The notes under the pieces were generated by a model, which saw only the letters and a program-made list of their open reading frames with translations, searched no databases and was not told the DNA's origin. A stretch of 64,000 nt of DNA from a virus. This document shows, one piece after another, positions 60,788-64,000 of the stretch. The DNA lies in IMG/VR virus record IMGVR_UViG_3300025120_000001, positions 48,135 through 112,134 of that record; one strand, written 5' to 3'. Each line of letters opens with the position of its first letter. Position 1 is the stretch's first letter. The position numbers were made by a program, and so were the translations under genes.

Positions 60788-61143
60788 GTATTATTAAGTT
60801 TAAAATTCTTCTTTTCTTCAATGGTTCCTTCTATTTTGCTAAGCATTTCTTCAAACAACCTTATCTTTTCTTTTACTTGTACGCTTTTAGAATATCCATT
60901 ATACGTTTGTTTTTCTAGATTACCTAAAAAACTTTTATTTTTAATTATAGCTTTTTCCAATCTTGCTTTACGAATAGAAAACGTACCAAACCCTTCAACG
61001 TACACTCTGCTATCTTCTAAATTAGATAATGCGTCTCTTACCTTGCTATAATAAAAAGATATCAGTTCATCTACAACAGAAGGGTGGACTTCAACTTCTT
61101 CAGCTACTCCATCTTTAAATTTTTTGTAGCTCTTTGGATTCAT
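60784..61143 (-). CDS. HU/IHF-like DNA-binding protein
   Basis: Two N-terminal helices, then RVYVEGFGTFSIR (HU signature). Confidence 0.7.
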   Translation of the reverse strand: MNPKSYKKFKDGVAEEVEVHPSVVDELISFYYSKVRDALSNLEDSRVYVEGFGTFSIRKARLEKAIIKNKSFLGNLEKQTYNGYSKSVQVKEKIRLFEEMLSKIEGTIEEKKNFKLNNT

Positions 61144-61496
61144 TCACCTAAAACTTTAAAATCTAATAATACAACCCCGCTATTTTCTATTTTTATTTTT
61201 TGAGATAACAAAATACTTTTTTTACTCTTACCATTCTTTGTAATCAGTCCTTTTTTAGCCGCCTTGTTTACAGCATTCCTTGCAGATTGCGAACTTTTAA
61301 ATACCTCATTTGTAACAGCTATTTTACAAAAGTCAGTAAGCTCATGTTCCCCAAGTGTTGCTAATAAAGCTAGGCACTCTAAGTCTGCTGTACTAACTTG
61401 AATGTTATTAAAGAAACAATAAGTTAATATCTGATACTTTAAAGTTTTATCTAAACTGGTTCTTATCTTTTTTGTTATTTTAGTTACTTCAGCCAT
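61140..61496 (-). CDS. Winged helix-turn-helix protein
   Basis: VSTADLECLALL...FKSSQSARNAVNKAAKKGLITK, a wHTH pattern. Confidence 0.6.
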   Translation of the reverse strand: MAEVTKITKKIRTSLDKTLKYQILTYCFFNNIQVSTADLECLALLATLGEHELTDFCKIAVTNEVFKSSQSARNAVNKAAKKGLITKNGKSKKSILLSQKIKIENSGVVLLDFKVLGE

Positions 61497-61498
61497 TG

Positions 61499-62437
61499 TT
61501 ATAGATTTAAAATTATATCCACAAGCCTTTCATCTGGATATACATCAGACTTATCCCGTCTTACGTTAGTATGTGATAATAAACCTTTCACTTTACCATA
61601 ATAAGCATCTTCTTGGAACTCAAATGCTTTCTTAGGGCCATACTTTTTAATCCATTGCCTAAGACCAATTCTCATATCAATTTCATCTCTTTCTGCAATA
61701 TGTTTTAGTAGTTTTCCTACAGCATCCATCTGTTCATCTGAATATGCATGGTAATATTGCTTTCCTCTAAATGGTTGTTCTAATTTTATAACTTGATCTT
61801 CATGAACTTTGGATTTAAAGTATGTATAGTAATCAGTTGTCCCCGGATCTTCGTTTAGATAACCAGTAGCACAAATTTCTATACCAATTGAATGTCTATT
61901 CATGTGCCCTGATCCTGTCTTACCTAAATGCCAACCGTACCCACTCTCTGGAAAAGCTTGAGCTACAATGCCATCATACTCATTATTACCCGTCTTGTGA
62001 GATTGACCCCCTACAACAAATTCTGTAGCAACTCTCCCCCGGGTATCCCGGTTCCAATGATCTATTGTCCTATATGGGTTTTCTCTACCTGCTGTATGAT
62101 GTAAGAAACAGTATTCAAGCTTACCTGGTTTAGTTAGGTACTCAGTTTTGTCTAAGTAATATCTATGGATCAATTGATCATAGTTTGTTTTAAACTGTTG
62201 ACTATTGAGATCTGTATCTTCATCAATGGCTTCATTGCTAGATTTACTTAAACTTAACATGTGCCATGTATTAGATCCAACTATGCCATCAACCGTTAAT
62301 TGTTTCTCTAACTGAAATCTCATTACAGCCTTTTCAGTCTTAGGACCGAAAGATCCATCTGGAATTACGTTAAGGATTTTTTGTAAACGAACAACATTAG
62401 GTCCTTTATCTCCCTTTTTTAACAGCTTGCTTATCAT
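61499..62437 (-). CDS. Endolysin: peptidoglycan-binding domain plus N-acetylmuramoyl-L-alanine amidase (Amidase_2)
   Basis: LKKGDKG..V..LQ...DGSFGPKTEKAV..FQ...L.VDGIVG..TW; LHHTAG, WHLG, SIGIEIC, SHTNVRRDKSD. Confidence 0.9.
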   Translation of the reverse strand: MISKLLKKGDKGPNVVRLQKILNVIPDGSFGPKTEKAVMRFQLEKQLTVDGIVGSNTWHMLSLSKSSNEAIDEDTDLNSQQFKTNYDQLIHRYYLDKTEYLTKPGKLEYCFLHHTAGRENPYRTIDHWNRDTRGRVATEFVVGGQSHKTGNNEYDGIVAQAFPESGYGWHLGKTGSGHMNRHSIGIEICATGYLNEDPGTTDYYTYFKSKVHEDQVIKLEQPFRGKQYYHAYSDEQMDAVGKLLKHIAERDEIDMRIGLRQWIKKYGPKKAFEFQEDAYYGKVKGLLSHTNVRRDKSDVYPDERLVDIILNL

Positions 62438-62739
62438 GATTGCACCTTGAGTTTTCTCTCTTTACCACTAGCTGCAGCTTTCTCTGATTCAAAATCTTTT
62501 CCGGCTTGACTTTTAGCAGGTTCTTCTTTAGCATTTTCTAATTGCATATACGCATCTGCTAAAAAGGCCTGTGCCTGCATTCTCTTAGCACGAGACTCCT
62601 CTATCTCTGTCATTAGGTTCTCATACTGAGCCTGTACTTTTAGATGAGGTATTTGTTTCTTATACCAGTCCGTAATTTCTTTACGTTTCTTTTCAGCTTG
62701 TTCTGGTGTAATAGATTCTTTGTTGATTTCTTCACTCAT
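62434..62739 (-). CDS. Hypothetical coiled-coil protein
   Basis: 101 aa, with a promoter-like motif upstream. Confidence 0.6.
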   Translation of the reverse strand: MSEEINKESITPEQAEKKRKEITDWYKKQIPHLKVQAQYENLMTEIEESRAKRMQAQAFLADAYMQLENAKEEPAKSQAGKDFESEKAAASGKERKLKVQS

Positions 62740-62760
62740 AATATTTGATTTATATTTTGA

Positions 62761-62777
62761 TCAAATATACAAAAAAA
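62761..62777 (-). promoter_or_regulatory. Bacteroidota-type -7 element (TAnnTTTG)
   Basis: Minus strand TTTTTTTGTATATTTGA, 21 nt upstream of ATG 62739. Confidence 0.6.
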
Positions 62778-62843
62778 GTTTAACTAATTAAAGTTTACTG
62801 ATTTATTAAATGAACTTTATAGCATTACGATAGGGTAGACGAA

Positions 62844-63164
62844 TCAATTAAGACTTTCCGGAAATTCTTTTTTCATTATCTTATCTAGTTCCGCGCAACG
62901 TAAGTAATATTCAGACTCATCTATATCCACGTAAAATGAAATTATATTTTCAAGCTCATCTTTGCGGATACCCTTAAGAGGATCATACGCCATAAGAGCA
63001 CTAACACCCTCATCACTCTTTTCTTCTATTAAGTCTTCAAAGGCCACTTTGTCTGTGAGTACTCTATAAGAGTTATCATATGCAACCCTTAACATAAGAC
63101 GTTCTATTTCCATCCTCTCTACTTCAGTCAGTTGGTCTTCTTCATTGAATTCTGGTTCCTCCAT
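62844..63164 (-). CDS. Hypothetical acidic protein
   Basis: Probable start MEEPEF at 63164, because the recurring GTATATTAT motif lies at 63181-63190, inside the longer ORF-track version. Confidence 0.6.
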   Translation of the reverse strand: MEEPEFNEEDQLTEVERMEIERLMLRVAYDNSYRVLTDKVAFEDLIEEKSDEGVSALMAYDPLKGIRKDELENIISFYVDIDESEYYLRCAELDKIMKKEFPESLN

Positions 63165-63348
63165 AGCTACTTCTTTATATAATAATATACTCATTTCTGC
63201 TGAGCCCCCCTAATCCTTATTTCAAAAATTTACCCCTACCCTATTTTTTAAGTTGTGTGTTTTGCGTGAGCATAGGGTCCTAGCATTCTGCTCCCCGGCT
63301 ATAGTTTGAGATGGGGATGTCCCCCAATCTCTTAAAAAATAATTTATC

Positions 63349-63645
63349 ATGGAAAAATCAAAATTAATTTTCAAGTCATCTGATTCTCAATCTCTAGTAG
63401 ATTTTCTAATCAAGCAAGGTTCTAACACTATCAAGCTAGTGAAGAACCCAAAGACTTCTAAGAAGTTCTTTGCCGTTGAAGGTACCAAGATTACTGGTAG
63501 AGTGTCAAGCAAGATAACAAAGTTATCTGCTGAACTCCGCGTAACTTGGGTTGATGTAGATGGAGATCCAGACGCTGGATCGTACATGCTACATCCACAA
63601 GGTGATGGTGGAGGCCACACCCTAGACACGTTTAGCCGTAGCTAA
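63349..63645 (+). CDS. Hypothetical protein, first gene of the oppositely oriented (probably early) arm
   Basis: 98 aa; A-rich leader AAAAATAATTTATC-ATG; followed by a hairpin near 63648-63670. Confidence 0.7.
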   Translation: MEKSKLIFKSSDSQSLVDFLIKQGSNTIKLVKNPKTSKKFFAVEGTKITGRVSSKITKLSAELRVTWVDVDGDPDAGSYMLHPQGDGGGHTLDTFSRS

Positions 63646-64000
63646 ACTGTCTAGCCCTACGGGGTTGACTGGTTGAGAGAGACTATTGCTACTGCTAATC
63701 ACAGTAGCCGGGCTTACTGCACGTGCCTGGGAACAGAAGCATTCATTGTTTAACCTAAACCAACTTATTATGTACACAGAACATAATGGTGTTGTTACTC
63801 CAATTGATTGGACTATCAACCCTAATGCATAGTTATATGTATTAACCCTTGCATTGTAGCCAGAGAAAGAGCTACATTAACCAGTGATGGGCGGAGTCTA
63901 ACCAGCTTAGCAACAGAAATAGGTTTAATTTAATTAAATGTGTGTTGCATTATTAATGTGACACCTCATTTGCCATAATCATTGGGTTGGCATCCAATAA

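Noticed and set aside
16583-61051. Many 60-145 aa plus-strand or off-frame ORFs overlapping the large genes
   Set aside because: They lie within well-supported minus-strand genes, have shadow-like composition and lack leaders.
1-63194. Stop-codon reassignment (TAG/TGA read-through, known in some gut crAss-like phages)
   Set aside because: Late genes are full length in the standard code, and TGA (e.g. 29156, 60784) and TAG (59101) act as stops at tight gene junctions.
1-64000. CRISPR array, tRNA genes, IS elements, diversity-generating retroelement
   Set aside because: No regularly spaced DNA repeats, cloverleaf, transposase or reverse transcriptase seen by eye; a tRNAscan/Infernal run would be needed to exclude RNAs formally.
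63650-64000. Possible ncRNA or 20-aa ORF (63770-63832, MYTEHNGVVTPIDWTINPNA), and minus-strand ORFs 63387-63629 and 63622-63819
   Set aside because: The small ORF has a plausible leader but is too short to support. No recognisable RNA family. The minus-strand ORFs overlap the plus-strand gene or lack support.

Overview
AT-rich genome segment of a crAss-like (Crassvirales-type) bacteriophage, probably infecting a Bacteroidota/Flavobacteriia host (A-rich leaders with no Shine-Dalgarno; a TAnnTTTG-type promoter). Almost the whole window is one minus-strand late/virion module. In transcription order it holds: endolysin, wHTH and HU-like genes, PD-(D/E)xK nuclease, GroES-like co-chaperonin, terminase, portal, scaffold-like protein, major capsid protein, ring/hub/auxiliary capsid proteins, Cys-rich fibres, a metallophosphoesterase, an IHF-like gene, four small basic proteins, the tail stabilisation (muzzle) protein and four large cargo/ejection proteins. 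It ends in a giant ORF missing from the ORF track (15462 to beyond base 1, more than 5,150 aa), which carries hydrophobic segments, a HExxH zincin and the DFDID catalytic motif of the crAss virion RNA polymerase. The coding strand switches near 63.2-63.3 kb. Most notable are two linked patterns. (1) A conserved peptide tag (YNxxG[VT][RK]VPGM[FY]KK) is attached N- or C-terminally to three unrelated small basic proteins and is always separated from the passenger by a Gly-Gly site. (2) About 20 related hydrophobic-[QK]-x-G-G-[ES] motifs divide the large cargo proteins into enzyme-sized modules (papain-like, NlpC/P60-like, transglycosylase-like, beta-barrel-like). Together they suggest a di-glycine tagging/processing system for capsid cargo. 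All family assignments come from motif recognition and gene order, not database searches.
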